A stretch of 63,939 bases of DNA, counting the filler, from Thelocarpon superellum (lineage: Eukaryota), in the NCBI GenBank assembly GCA_026025795.1. It is 3 parts of 3 records of this genome, joined end to end, with 100 filler letters (N's around TTAATTAATTAA, not from the genome) between each part and the next. Parts side by side here need not be neighbours in the genome. Positions count along the whole stretch, not along the records: positions 1 to 22,846 come from JAPEUG010000289.1; positions 22,947 to 45,729 come from JAPEUG010000290.1; 1 more part is not named here. The stretch is one strand, 5' to 3'. Positions 12,923 through 25,882 of the stretch are shown piece after piece. The first letter of the stretch is position 1; every line of letters starts with the position of its first letter. The notes under the pieces were generated by a model. That model was not told where the DNA came from. It ran no database searches and was given only the letters and a program-made list of their open reading frames with translations. The translations under genes were made by a program, and so were the position numbers.

Positions 12923-14614
12923 TCACCATTTGTCGGCTCCGCCGCCGCCGGTACTCCCTCGGCCATTGCCGCTGCCGCTGCCTCGACCACTGCCACTGCC
13001 ACTGCCACTGCCACTGCCACGACCCACACCGCCACTGTCGCCACCCACCTCACTACTAGCGCTGCCGTTGCCGTGGGCGTTGCTGACTTTCACATCCAAC
13101 TCTGTGGTGCGGATGATGCCGCCCAGGCGGCCGCGCACGAAACCTCGACGTTCATTCTGCTGCAGCTCTGGCGCCGTGGGCAAGCGTCCGTTCCATCCCA
13201 GCTCCAAACACTCCAACTCGTCCGACCCGGTCGAGGAGTTGCTTGCGTCGGCCTTGCGGCTGTAATATTGCATCGTATGCGATCGCTTGTTGCGGGTGCC
13301 AGACCCGTTCGATCCAAAGGTGCCGTGAGGCGTGACGCGCGCCGACGGGTGCTTCTCGCGGAAGTATGCAAAGAGCGGGGTTAGGGCCGGAAGGCAGGTC
13401 AGGGAGATCTAGCGCGTAGAAGGTGAGTAGGTGTCCCTGGCGGCCCCGGAGAAGGTACGCACCCCGACGTTCATCTCGATCGTCCCCCATAGCACCAGGC
13501 CGGTGGAGTTGCCGTCCTTGGTGATCTGGCGGATCTGCACCATGCGCATGACGGAGCAGACCGTGGTGAAGAGGCCCAGGACAAAGACTCCGATCAGCGC
13601 CACCTTGCGCCGCATGTTGATCTGCACACGGGCCAGCAAGGGTATGGGCAAGGTGAAGATGATGCAGTCGAAGAATATGGTGATGGCGGCAAGGACGTAG
13701 AAGGTGACGGCATTGGGGAGGCAAGAGCCCGGCACCAGCGGGTGCCAGTTCTTCTCGACCTACAAGCGAGGGTCGACACGGTCAACACGACCATCACGTA
13801 CTGCATCGTCCAACACAGGAAAGACTCACCGGGCGACATTGAAAGATCAGCACCAGCGTCCCGCCCAAGTGGCCCAAGACACAGGTGATCATGATGGTCC
13901 AGATCAGCGGACGGTAGTATCGATTATCGCGATTGACAATGCGCAAGTACGCCAGACAGAGCGCCACCTTGAAACCCGTGATTCCAATCATGTAGAAGGG
14001 GCGGCCGGGATAATTCAGCTGACGCAACGAGCGGGGTCAGCGTTGGCTGGACGTTGTGTTCAGGGTACCGACCAAGGTATATGGATTCAGATTCTCTTGC
14101 GGCCTCAACGCCACCGGAAGGCCCAGCCCCCATCGCGATTCTGGCAACCTGTCAGTTCTGCTTTGGTCTGGAGGCGACGTGGCGGAACGTGCGGGGCGGA
14201 GGCCGGGCTTGATGGCGTGGAGGTCCGGGGGGAGTCACTTACGCCCGATGCACATGCCGTTGTAGATACAGCTGCATGCCTGTAGAGCACGCACCCGGCG
14301 TCAGACGATACGTCATGATGAATGGGGGACCAAAAAAAGGCGGGCGCCCGAGGGGTAAAGCCCGACGCGACCAGTACGAGGAGCTCCCCAGGGGGCAGAC
14401 GCCGCGCGTGGAAGGTGGATCAAAGGACACCTACAGCGGCGACGAGGATGGTCCAATCGTCGGCCCCGACGGAGCGCAAGATCGTGCTGCGCACGTACAT
14501 GCGCAAGCCTACCACGATGACCATCACCGAGGTCAGCGTGACGCAGACCGCCAGGATCTCGGGGTACTGCGATATGGCATTGACCTCCGCGCCGGCATTG
14601 TATACCCAGTACAT
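12923..14614 (-). CDS. Pth11-like integral membrane protein (fungal rhodopsin-like domain, no CFEM domain), 6 exons
   Basis: Spliced reading: MYWVYN...VVGLRMYVRSTILRSVGADDWTILVAA / ACSCIYNGMCIG / SRWGLGLP / RPFYMIGITGFKVALCLAYLRI...IFQCRP / VEKNW...GSC...FDCIIFTLPIPLL...IEMNVG / ISLTCLPAL. These are the family hallmarks, and the junctions are canonical GT-AG. Confidence 0.88.
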
Positions 14615-17600
14615 GGCGACCAGATCGCGGGCGGGGAGGGCCCCGGACGATGGATGGACAGAGACGAAGCGGACAAGGATGAAGACGAGGACGAGGCGGA
14701 AGAAGAGCGAGGAATGAAGAAGGGCGCCCACACCGTGGACACGTGCACGCGCGGTGATGGGGTGCCCGATGCACGGGGAGAGGAGCGAAGGAATGGAGCG
14801 ATGGAGCGAAAGAATGCGGCAGAAGCAGCGGCGAGTGAGACCGCTTGGACCCTTCCCGTGGGCGAGAGGTTGCGTAGGGTATATATAATCGTGATGGAGT
14901 ACGAAGGCGTCGCGGGATGCAAGACACGCAGATCAACTCCCCGCCGCGGTGCGCACCGCATTTCACCACACCGTACCGCTCACCTCTCACCTCTCATGCC
15001 GGCCAGTCGGCCAGCGACGCGCGGTGCGCGGGCTCCGATGCGCGATGCTGGTCCACAGCGGTCGTGACAGGGGCCCGTGGGTGGACCAGCGCGGCGGAGA
15101 CATTCACGATGGCCTTTATGGCCGCAGCAGCGAGAATGCCGACATCCTCACCTCTTCCAACGATGCACACACGCGCGCGCGCGCATTTCGTCGTTTGGCG
15201 ACGGTGGGCGGGCAAGCTTCGGTGGGGCGCTGGCAGAAGCACAGGCAAAGGTAGAAAGGGGCGTGGGCATTGCTCCTTCCCTCGCATGCAAGGGGGTTCG
15301 TCCCGACTGGTGCGATTGGGTGATGGGACAGCGAGCCGCGACCCGCGACGCACCTCCTCATAGCGGTCGGCCTGCAGAGGGTTCGGAACCAGGCTGACGC
15401 GAGAACGACGTTGGTGCGGTGTCGAAGTCGTCGTCGACCCTCGGCGCATGACCGCGCGTGCACTCGAGACCTGGTCTTGTTTCTTGCTTGATCGTCGTCG
15501 TGGTCTCGGACACGCTCAGTGTGGGCCTAGGGAAGAAGAAGCTCCGGCGTCGACCGCTCCAGCTTGAAAAGCATAGTCGTTCCTCGGTCGGCGGCGCGCG
15601 TGTCTTGACGTGACGTGGATCGCCAAGAGGATGCGTGAGAGACAATGTTTGAGGTCCCCGTCCGGAAAGAGACAAGCAGTAGTGGCAAACCACTATGATG
15701 GCGGCCATCACAGCGATGGGACTGGCCCAATATGAGCGAAGGTAACGGGGTCCGCCGGGGATGCCGCTCGGACACCAAGTCGGCCGCGGTGCGTTCGGCC
15801 AGTAGCCGGTGCCTGCAAGGGTCTCAAGGGCAAGCACGCCTTCGCCATGGTCCTTACGCCAGGGGGGCAACATGTGACGTCGAAGATGGACCAGAAGTCG
15901 TGGGCACGCTGCTGAATGACGAGTATGGCGACAAAGGGACATGGGCGCCGAGTGCGCCTTGCAGACGAGAATGAGGGGCGTGTGGAGGGGCGGTGGGTGT
16001 GGTGCGGTGCAGCGCAAACGAGGCGGGACGACGGAAGAACGACCGAGGAAAAGGCGGTACATTCATCCTGAACCAAGCTGGCTCGGAGCACAAGACGACA
16101 AGAATAAGTACATCGGTCGGGTTTGAGAGCCGCCACAGCGCCGAAGGAACGAATGAGAAGCACGCCCGCTCGCCATCGCATCGTATCGCGAAGTGGGCTG
16201 CGGCCGCGGCCGCATCGGCCGGCCCAGGTGTTGAGCCCCAAGTGCAAAGAGACCTGTCACCTTCGCACGCCAATTACCACCACACCAACGTGGCTTGTGC
16301 CGAAGCGGGCAACGAGCGATGTGACGAGAGGGCCAGACTACTCATCCGGCCATAACGAGACGTTAGTTCGGTCTTGTACCACCCACCGATCCTCTCTCTC
16401 CACATCACGTCCTATCGCCTACCGCTGCTCTTCCCGCGAGGTTCATGATGGTGGCGGGGGGCGGGCGAGGTGCAGCGCACGTCGGATGGTCTTGTCCGAT
16501 GCCTTGGACTTCTGGTCAGCCCTCTCCGCGCTCTCGGAGAAAAGAGAGGGCGAGCGCAAGTGAAGGTGCAAGTGCAAGCGCCGCTTGGCAGCGGTAGGTG
16601 GCGCATGATCGACGCCTGGGACTATGTTACCTTGCCGACTTCTCTTTTCCCCCGGTAGGAGTGCCGGCCTGTACCGGGAGTACTCGTACTCCACATCTGT
16701 AGGGAGATATCCGTTGACGGTCGGCTCCCTACATTACGTGGACGTGACGTCTCCCGGGCTTTACGACCCCTGCCCTAGCGGAGATCGATCGCGGGCCGGG
16801 CCAGGGTCTAGTCGAGGCGTCAAGGGTCACAATCCGCCACCAGCCATGGCGCCACCCGCCAGCACCGCCATCACGCTCAAGTCGTTCTAGTCTACGCCCA
16901 TGGCTCTAGATCAGGTAAATGGAGGGCCAGGGTCGATCCTCTTTTGAACCGACCAGCCTTGGTATGTACGCCAACAGGCGTGGCCATCCAATGATGAGCA
17001 TCAGGTCGGTGCGACGCCATCTGGTCTCGAACCCCGATGGCGCCCCGTCCCGCACCTCCCACGAGCTGGTGCGCGCTGCCGAAGAGACATCGCGTCCACA
17101 CGCCGACTGCATCTCCGCTGCCTACCCGCGGTGCCTGGCACCCGGGGGCCATGTGGAGCTGTTCGCCGGGCCCAATTTCTGACCGAGACGCCTCGGATCC
17201 AGTCTGACCAGTGATCCAGGATCATGCGTCGGGGCAGAGTGGCCAAGGGCCCAAGGGGTGCGCGCGGATGTCTCTCCTCTGGCGGATGCTCGTCCATCCG
17301 AACACAATTGCCCGTGTACGGTATGGCTCCAACAGTAAACGTGCGCAGCTGCTCCGACGGGTGCATCGCGGCAATACCGGGGTGCATATTGTTCAACGGA
17401 CGTACATGACCTTGCTCATTGCTCCCTGCGACTTGCCGGACAGCGCTCCGACCATCGCTGGTGCCTTGTCCCGTCCTGGAGTAAGTGAATCATCCATGAC
17501 CGAGTGGGTCTCCCACGAGGGCCAGCGGCGCCGCCCACCCTTGCCTGGTCCAAGCGTTGGTCGTCCGACCCCACCACCACGACGCCACCCTCCTGGAGAG

Positions 17601-18189
17601 GAGGACGGTTGGCCTCCCATCGGGACTACGGACGGACATCGCATAGCGACGTCGGCTGTCGGCAGGGATGCATCGCGGCCAGACATCCAGCGACGCGCGC
17701 CGCCCTCCCTCTAGAACGTGAGGTGGCGCACCGAGTTTTTCGTCTCGAGCGCCGTCCTGGCCATGGCGGCCGCGACACCAGCGCCTCGTCCCGGCCCAGC
17801 CGGTCGGGGGCGTCGTCGAGCCTGACGATCGCGGTCGACACGGTCGAGGATTAGGGTCAGCTGGCGTTGCAATCAAGACTCTCCCTCGCGTCACACTCGG
17901 CCGCCTCAGGAATTTCCGCCCTTTCCTACTAGGAATTCATGGCACCACTCCATCGAGTAGTCCATACCTCGGCGGATGCACTCATCTCTCTCCGCCCCAC
18001 GCGCTCGGCGTCCGGCGCGGCCGTGTATTTGTACCGACGGGCCCGCCGGCTCGAGCCAACCCACGGTTGACACTTCCCACACGCGGTGTTCCTCCTGCTC
18101 TCCAAGCTCTGCTCTTCCGAACTTGCTTCGTGCCGTGACCGTGAGTGCCGCTGCCGTGGCCTGCCCCACTGCCATCGCCCTATCCCTCC

Positions 18190-19960
18190 ATGGCTCCCAC
18201 TCCGCGTGAGAAGATGGCCCACCACGGCCACCGGGCCGATGATTCCATCTCCTCCAGCCCGCCCTCCACCTCGTCCACGCTGCCGCACGACGGCCATGGC
18301 AAAGCGGTCGCCGGCCGCGGCGACTTTGACGAGGCCTTCCTCTACCTCGACCGGAAGGATCAGCAGCACGGGGAGCTGGATGGCCTATACACGGCCGCGC
18401 TTCGCCACCGGATCGACTGGCGCATTGTCCCCATCATGTTTGCGTGCTACACCATGCAATTTCTGGACAAAGTCCTGCTCAACGTGAGACCGGCCGAGCC
18501 CATCTCACCCGGATCCCCCTCGCCCCGGACCCGACTGACCGCGTGCGATGCGCCTAGTATGCCGCGGTGATGGGCTTGAACAAAGATCTCAAGCTCAAGG
18601 GAAACGATTTCAGCAACGCGGCGACGGCCTTCTTCATCGCCTATCTAGTGGCCGAGGTGCCCAATGGTATGTGCCCGTCGCGGACAGGGTGATGGCGCGG
18701 CTTGACCAACGTCTCGCAGGCTTCTTCCTGCAGAAGATCTCGGCCGCCAAGTGGCTCGGGGCGAACGTGATGCTGTGGGGCATCGCCACCGCGGCGACTG
18801 CGGCGGCGCATGACTACTCCACCCTCCTCGTGGGGCGGATCTTCTTGGGCATCTTCGAGGCGGCCATTGCGCCGTCGCTGATGCTCATCAGCAGCCAGTG
18901 GTATACCAAATCGGAGCAAGCCCCCCGCTTCAGCTTCTGGTACTGCGGGCTGGGCCTGGCGCAGGTGCTGGGCGGCGTCTGTTCCTATGGCTTCCAAATG
19001 GTGGAGCACCCGACCTTTGCCGGCTGGCGGATCATGTTCCTGGCCGTGGGCCTGCTCACCGTGTGCATCGGCCTGGCCACCCTGTTGATCCTGCCGGACT
19101 CGCCCATGAAGGCCAGCTTCCTCTCGGAATCGCACAAGGTCGCACTCTTACGTCACGTCAGCATCAACCAGACGGGCATCGAGAACAAGCAGTTCAAGCC
19201 GGCGCAGCTCCTCGAGCTGGTCCTGGACCCACAGATCTGGCTTATGACCTTGATGACGATCTTGGTGAGTGGCCCGTCCGCCCGAGGGCGCGGAGCGCCG
19301 GTGCTAACCGAGGCGGAGTAGATCTCCATCTCGAGCGGCGTCATCACGACCTACTCGGCGACCTTGATCAAGAACTTTGGCTTCAGCTCGCCCGTGGCGG
19401 CGCTGCTGAACATGCCGTCGGGCCTGGTCAGCGTTGCCTCCACGTTGGCCGTGGGCCTCGGCGTGCGCCGGACCTCACACCGATGGGCGTGGATCATCGT
19501 GTGCTGCGTGCCGGGTATCCTGGGCGGCGGCCTGATGTCCTTTGCCCCGGCGAGCAACCGGGCCGCGCTGCTCGCGGGCCTGTACCTGGTCAACGCCATC
19601 GTGGCCACGCTCACTGTCATCTACCAGTGGACCGTGGCAAACTGCGCCGGCTCGACGAAGCGAGTCTTCGCGAGCGCGCTGATCGCCGGGTCTTTCTCCG
19701 TCGGCAACATCATCGGCCCGCAGACCTTCCAGGCCAAGGATGCGCCGCAGTACATTCCCGCCAAGATCACGGTCCTAGCGACCCAGGCGGCCGCGGCTGG
19801 GGTGGCGCTGTGCCTCTTCCTGTACTACGTCTACGCCAATCGATGCAAGGACCGCGCTCGCGGCACGCAGGTCGGCAAAGGCCTGGCCGCCAACCCGGGG
19901 GTGGAATGTTGGACGAATCAGACGGACCGGGAGAATGTCAACTTCCGATATGTGTATTGA
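18190..19960 (+). CDS. MFS transporter, allantoate permease (Dal5/Thi73/Tna1, ACS) family, 4 exons
   Basis: Motifs IDWRIVPIMFACYTMQFLDKVLLNYAAVMGL, RIFLGIFEAAIAP...SQWYTKSEQAPRF...W and GNIIGPQTF...APQY. Introns at 18484-18557, 18667-18719 and 19265-19321. Confidence 0.92.
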
Positions 19961-19999
19961 GCGGACAAGGAGACGAAGAGGGCGAGTGGACAGGGGAGA

Positions 20000-20097
20000 G
20001 AGCTGAGAGCTGAGAGCTGAGAGCTGAGAGCTGAGAGCTGAGAGCTGAGAGCTGAGAGCTGAGAGCTGAGAGCTGAGAGCTGAGAGCTGAGAGTTGA
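20000..20097. repeat. (GAGCTGA)n heptamer array: 13 perfect copies plus 1 degenerate copy
   Basis: Directly visible, about 40 nt downstream of the permease stop codon. Confidence 0.97.
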
Positions 20098-21264
20098 GAA
20101 GAGTGACCAGCGGACGGATCCAGCATTGCAGCGCGGACGAGAACGAGGACGGGAGAGCAGATGTGGAGGCGGAAGTGAACTGCACCGGGAGGCTCCCTCT
20201 CCTTCTCATACCTACACCGATACCTATACCTACCCTAGACGTAGCTACTTACATTGCGCGGCGTTGCGTGCGGTGGAGCCGTCTCTTCCGTTGGCCGCCA
20301 CCCCTAAATTGAATCTGCCGATTGAGACCAACTTTGACTGCCCCACCCACGTCGGTAGGACCGGGTCGGCGCCGGCACGCACGCGTGGCATCGCTACCGA
20401 TAGCATACTCCATGATCGGCTGCCTGATGCTTCTCATGTTCGTCGAGGCTTGACTCGCCGACGTCGCATCTCCCGTTTCCTCGTCGGGATGGTGACGATA
20501 GGAGGGCGTGTACAGTGGGGTAGGGTAACGACGCTGCATGGGGCAGGTTGTTGATCCGATTCCGCACGAAGATGCCCGACTGTTCTGCTCTCGTTGCGGG
20601 CCTTCCGCCTCTCTACCCTCCCCTCTCTACCCTCCGCGGCGGACGTTGTCCTGTCGTGCGACGCGCGACGCGGCGCTCCGCAGCGCGCCGGGGCACCCTG
20701 GCGACTCATACGGCATCAAGCAATCATACTATGATAGGTCAACGGGCAAAAGCAACAGTGAGATACGAAGGTGCTCCAAGCCCATCGCGGCGGCAACAAT
20801 AACGCCTCGTAGATCTGTCCATCCGTCGCTCCTTGCCTGCCCAGACGCCGGATGCCGGACGTTGCATGGTCTCGTCCGACATGAACGCGTGAGACCCGTG
20901 TCTTCGACGGCGAACGGCGCACGGCACACGGCGCGCGGCGGACGATTGCAATCTCGACGAAGGCCGGAATCCTCCACCCGTTCTGACGCGTCCCAAGCCC
21001 ATGTCCGACCTGCATGAGGCAGGCAACTGCGTAATGAGCTGACCTTGCCTTGCCTTGCGTCTACCTTTTCTGCCCGTCGGCAAGGATGATTCTGCACGAC
21101 GATGACGACGACGACGACGACGACGACGACGGACCGCATCTTGGTGTCTTGTTGGGGGACGTATTGAGGTGTGTCGTGGCCTGGTCTACGATACTGCGTC
21201 CCTTTTCTGGGGCTGCCTCTGCCTGTGCTTTCAAGCTACTTGCCCTGAAACTTCGCGGTTCACC

Positions 21265-22843
21265 ATGGCCCAACCGGCGCCCCAGGATCCTCCGCGCCAT
21301 GCCTGTCCACCAGTGCTCCAAGATCCTCCGCACCATGCCGCCCCTCCGTCTCCGGTGCTCATCATTGGCGCGGGGATCGTGGGCTTGACGCTGGCGCAGG
21401 CGCTACGCACCTTCTACCCTCACGTCCCCTTTCTCGTCTTCGAGCGCGATGCGAGCCCCTTGGCTCGAGGCGCCGGGTGGGGTCTCACCCTGCACTGGGC
21501 GTTGGACCATTTCCTGTCGCTGTTGCCCCAGCACCTGGTCGAGCGCCTGGACGGCACCTTTGTGGATCCCGACGCGGCCAGGGCCGGCGATGGCAAGTTC
21601 CAGCTGTTCGATCTCCGCTCGGGGCAGGTGCGCTGGAGCGTGCCACCGAGTCGGAGAATCCGCGTCAAGCGGGAAAGCCTGCGGCGCTTGCTGATGGACG
21701 GTATTGATGTGCAGGTAGGTGCATGATGTGGGCGAAGTAGAGCGAGGCGTGGAGGATTGATCATGTCTGTCGGCACTCGTCTAGTGGTCCAAGAGCATCG
21801 CATCCGTCACCACGACCACGACGGGCGTGACGGTTCACTTCGAGGACTCGACGAGCGCCTCGGGAGCGCTCCTGCTTGGTTGCGACGGCTCGCGCTCTCG
21901 CACGCGGCAGATCCTCTGCCCTGCCGCCCCTCGCAACACCCCGCTCCCCGTGCGTCTGCTTGGGACCAGCTTCGCGTGTGGGAAGGCCAAAGCCGAGGGG
22001 CTGCAGAAGCTCGATCCGTTTTTCTTCCAGGGAAGTGACGGCGAGACGGACGCCTTTCTCTACTTCAGCTGTCCGTGACTCGCATCCCTTTGATCTTCTG
22101 TTCGTGGTGGGCTAACGACGTGCGACAGTCCTCGACACGCCGGCATCCGCACCGAGGAAAGAAGGTAGATATACGTGCCAGTGCATCGTCTCATGGCCGT
22201 ACCGGGCCGGATTTAACGGCGAGGCGGCCCCGACCGACATCCCCACGAGCAACGCCGCCCGTCTCGCGCTCATGCGCGCCCTGAGCGCGGGGTGGACAGA
22301 GCCATTCCGGTCCATCTTGACGGACGTGCCCGCCACAACGGAAGCGAGGGCCATCACGCTCGAGGACTGGGCCCCGACCCGCGACAAGTGGGACAACACC
22401 GACGGCCGAATCACCCTCCTCGGTGACGCCGCGCACGCCATGACCATGTGTGAGTCTTTCATGCTCCGATACCTATCGTCTGGGCGAGGAAACGCTGACG
22501 GGGACGGTTGATGCTAGATCGAGGCGAGGCTGCCAACCATGGCATCATGGACGTGAAGTCGCTCTTGGCAAACCTGGAGCTGTACTTGTCCACGTATGAC
22601 ATGGCTGGGGGGAATACATGTCTGTCTGGGGGTGGTGCGTGGACGTCCAGGAGTGGCACTTCTGAGAGCCAATCGTCGAAGAGCCTCAAGGACGGAATCG
22701 CCGCCTACGAAGAAGAAATGATAGCCCGCACGCGACCCGCGGTGCTGGCTTCGCGGCGCGCGTGTCTGGATGCGCATGATCGGACCCGTCTCACGCCTGA
22801 TAGTCCGCTGCTGTCGAAACGCGCCGTTGTGCCTGATGAGTGA
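21265..22843 (+). CDS. FAD-dependent monooxygenase (aromatic hydroxylase / FAD_binding_3 type), 4 exons
   Basis: All three flavoprotein hydroxylase fingerprints are present: VLIIGAGIVGLTLAQAL...FERD (GxGxxG), LLGCDGSRSRTR (DG) and RITLLGDAAHAMTMYRGEAANHGIMD (GD). Confidence 0.9.
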
Positions 22844-22846
22844 GAG

Positions 22847-22946
22847 NNNNNNNNNNNNNNNNNNNNNNNNNNNNNNNNNNNNNNNNNNNNTTAATTAATT
22901 AANNNNNNNNNNNNNNNNNNNNNNNNNNNNNNNNNNNNNNNNNNNN
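22847..22946. other. Artificial scaffold gap (N44-TTAATTAATTAA-N44)
   Basis: N runs flanking an all-frame-stop linker; identical in structure to the gap at 45730. Confidence 0.97.
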
Positions 22947-23468
22947 TCGGTAGTTCGAGCCTGGGCACGAGGCGCTCAATTACGCGCGGCGAACGCAAGG
23001 CTTCGACGTGGCCCTACGCACAGCCCTCATGCATGGAAGTCTAAAGCTGTCTACCTCCGCAGCCGACGGGGCGGCGACGCGTTGTGGGTTGCTGGGCGCT
23101 GGGCGCTGGGCACCGGGCGCTGGGCGCTGGAGGATCGGCGGGGGAGCACCGTACGGTCGTATGTGAAGGGGGTTAGGCAGGGAGGGAGGGAGGGAGGGAG
23201 TTGTTTCGTGGCCAGGGACAAGCCCGTGGTAGACTTCCGCGCTAGTCCTGGCCGGTTGCGCGCGCCCTCGTCGGAGTTTGGCGTCCCTAGTATCGCCGAT
23301 GCGCACTCGGAGCTTACGCCTCCGGAGCTTCTGACGTCGAATATATGTATCCGGGCTCCGTAGACAGACGCACGGCATTCTTCGTGCCAGCCTTTCCCCC
23401 CCACCCGCCTTTCCACCTACCTCGTACCGCAGCTCATATCGCACGTTGCATTCCACCCAATCGACTAA

Positions 23469-24248
23469 ATGGCCTCAATCTCGACCAATTCGTCGCCTCG
23501 GGCAATGCGATATGCCATGATGTCCATGAGCGGCTCCGACGCCTACGACGGAAACTCGAGCATGTCCAGCCCCGGCTCGGAGCTGGTCCGTTCCGACCGC
23601 CTTTCTTCCGCGGGCCATGAGACTGATGTCCGACAGAGTTACGATCATACCTATCACAGCTACGACGCGGCTGCGTACCCGTTGTTCCCTCCGTCCGGCT
23701 CGCCAGGCTTTATCATGTCCCAAGCCAACCCGGTTCCTGTCGAGCTCATCGACGATTTTCCCCAAGAAGACGGCAAACGCCGTCGACGGGGCACCTCCAC
23801 GACTGCCACCAAGGACACGTCGTACAACAACTCTGTAAGTGCGCCGGTGTCAGCAATGATCTCTGCCGGAAGCCACTAACACGAAAATCTTCAGCGACGA
23901 AGAGCCCAGAATCGCGCCTCGCAACGCGCCTTCCGCGACCGCAAGGAGAAGCACGTCAAGGACCTCGAGTCACGGCTACGCGAACTCGAAGACAAGAACC
24001 AGACGCTGGAGCAAGCATACGCCGACCTGACCAACCAGCACAGCCGGCTGAAGCGAGAAATGGACGTGTTGGCGGGCAAGGCGGTCGGCGAGAGCAAGAT
24101 CAAGACCGAGTCGGATCTCGATGCCGTGGGCGAGCTGTACGACGAAGACGCCGACGGCGAGTTCGAGCGGATTCTGGACGGTGACTTGGGATATCCCGAC
24201 TCGTACAGCTACTTGGGTGGTCAATTATTTGAGTCCACTCGAGTGTGA
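23469..24248 (+). CDS. Yap/Fcr3-type bZIP transcription factor, 2 exons (intron 23835-23894)
   Basis: After splicing GTAAGT...CTAAC...CAG: RRRAQNRASQRAFRDRKEKHVKDLESRLRELEDKNQTL...L, a Yap-type basic region with a leucine zipper. Confidence 0.9.
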
Positions 24249-25882
24249 AACACCCACCGTCTGTCTCGGTCACGAATGTTTATGAAAGCGAATGGGTTCA
24301 AGCGAAGGGAGGTATATATTGATTCGACACTCATAGTTGCTAATGTCGATCAATTGATCGTGTTGCACGCACTTGACCGCCTGTTCTGCTCTTGTGTTGG
24401 GAGGTTCGCGTCGACTGACTTGGGAGGCGTTTGTTCGATCGCTTTGAAAATCGAGGCGAAAGGCAATGGGGCGTGCAGAAAGGCAACAGGACGGCGTAAC
24501 CAGAAAATTAGGTGCAAAGAAATCAGAATATCCGACTCAACTCCGACGAGTGTGGACGGCACGAAATGATTATTCAAATATTTGTTTAATGTTTTCCAGT
24601 CGGCTGGACCGAAGAGATCCGGCAGTCATAGCCATGTGAAGGTAAGTCTCGAGCTTCCTATCGAAGGATACCGGCCGAGCAGAAGCAAAAAGTGCACGCG
24701 ACAAACCCCCCCTTTTTCCTTTGTCTCCAGGCCAGATAAAATGCGGAACGAGAATGAGGAGAAAACTAGACCCGCGTCGTTGCAGACGCGAAGCCGGCTC
24801 TTTCCCCCTCCCCCTATGCGGGACGAGGCTCGGGTGGTTCGGAAGCATACTACTACTACACGATTTATTATTCCCTACAATAATAATATTGTCTTACCGC
24901 CGTGTGGGGCTACTGGCTACGCTAGCGTTCGAGACCGATGCGAAGGAAGAGAGGGAGGAGAAGCGGAAGCGGAAGCGGAAGAGGATGAGAAAATAGCACG
25001 GGTCAATCCATGTGCAGAAGACGCAAGGAAGGATACGAAGAAGTTCTTGGAATCGTCACTGATTACTACTGACTGATACATAACTAGCGATTACCACTAC
25101 GTTACTACTAGAGTATTAGTAATACAGTAGTAAGTCATGGTATTTCATGGTCGGCTACCCATACCCGGTAAGCATGGGTGGATAGGCCCGTATAGCTTCG
25201 CGAGACGACAGGCAAGCTGAAACACAGCCGAATTTAGCTGTCAATTCGCCCCCGCGCCGCGCCACCCTCCTAGGTTAAATCAACCATTCAAGCAACTTAG
25301 TTCGTAGTAAGAAACATACGCGCACGAACGCGAGCGCCATGCCTATCTTTAGATGTTGAGTTGCCAGTACTCAACGACGGCTTGTCATTCCAATGGCCTG
25401 CTCCGCCTGGGTTACCAAGGGTGAGCAAGAATGCGATAACTACGTAGGGACATCGCGTACCCCGTGTTGCAGCGCTCGCGTGATCGGGTAGGGCGGCCAG
25501 TAGCGATAGGCCCACTAACTGACTGTAGAGCCTGTGCTGCTCCACTACTACACTAGGTCATGTGCCAGGACGACACAGCTACTATTCCTAACACCCCGAA
25601 AGTGTTATATGACGGATTACCTAAGCATCGAATATCGTGCCCTGGTACTTCGTACACGTCCCATGCTACCGCGTTTAAGCTACCAAAACCTATCGGTTGT
25701 TGTCACAGTCATTCCAACGACCAAAGCCATAGGCAAAGCCAAAGCCAAGAGCGTACACTAGGTGCAAAGAATCAAAGGACAAAAGCGCAACGTAAGAATA
25801 CAGACGCATACTATGAAAATGGCCAAGGAAATACACAGATCAAGACGGCATGATGATCAAAGCACTCTACCCCGAAAGATGC

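Noticed and set aside
19775..20209. ORFs with (SQLSALS)n
   Set aside because: Translation of the heptamer array; no start context or other coding signal.
22891..22902. TTAATTAATTAA palindrome (also at 45774-45785)
   Set aside because: Centred in identical N blocks; it is an assembly linker with stops in all frames, not biology.
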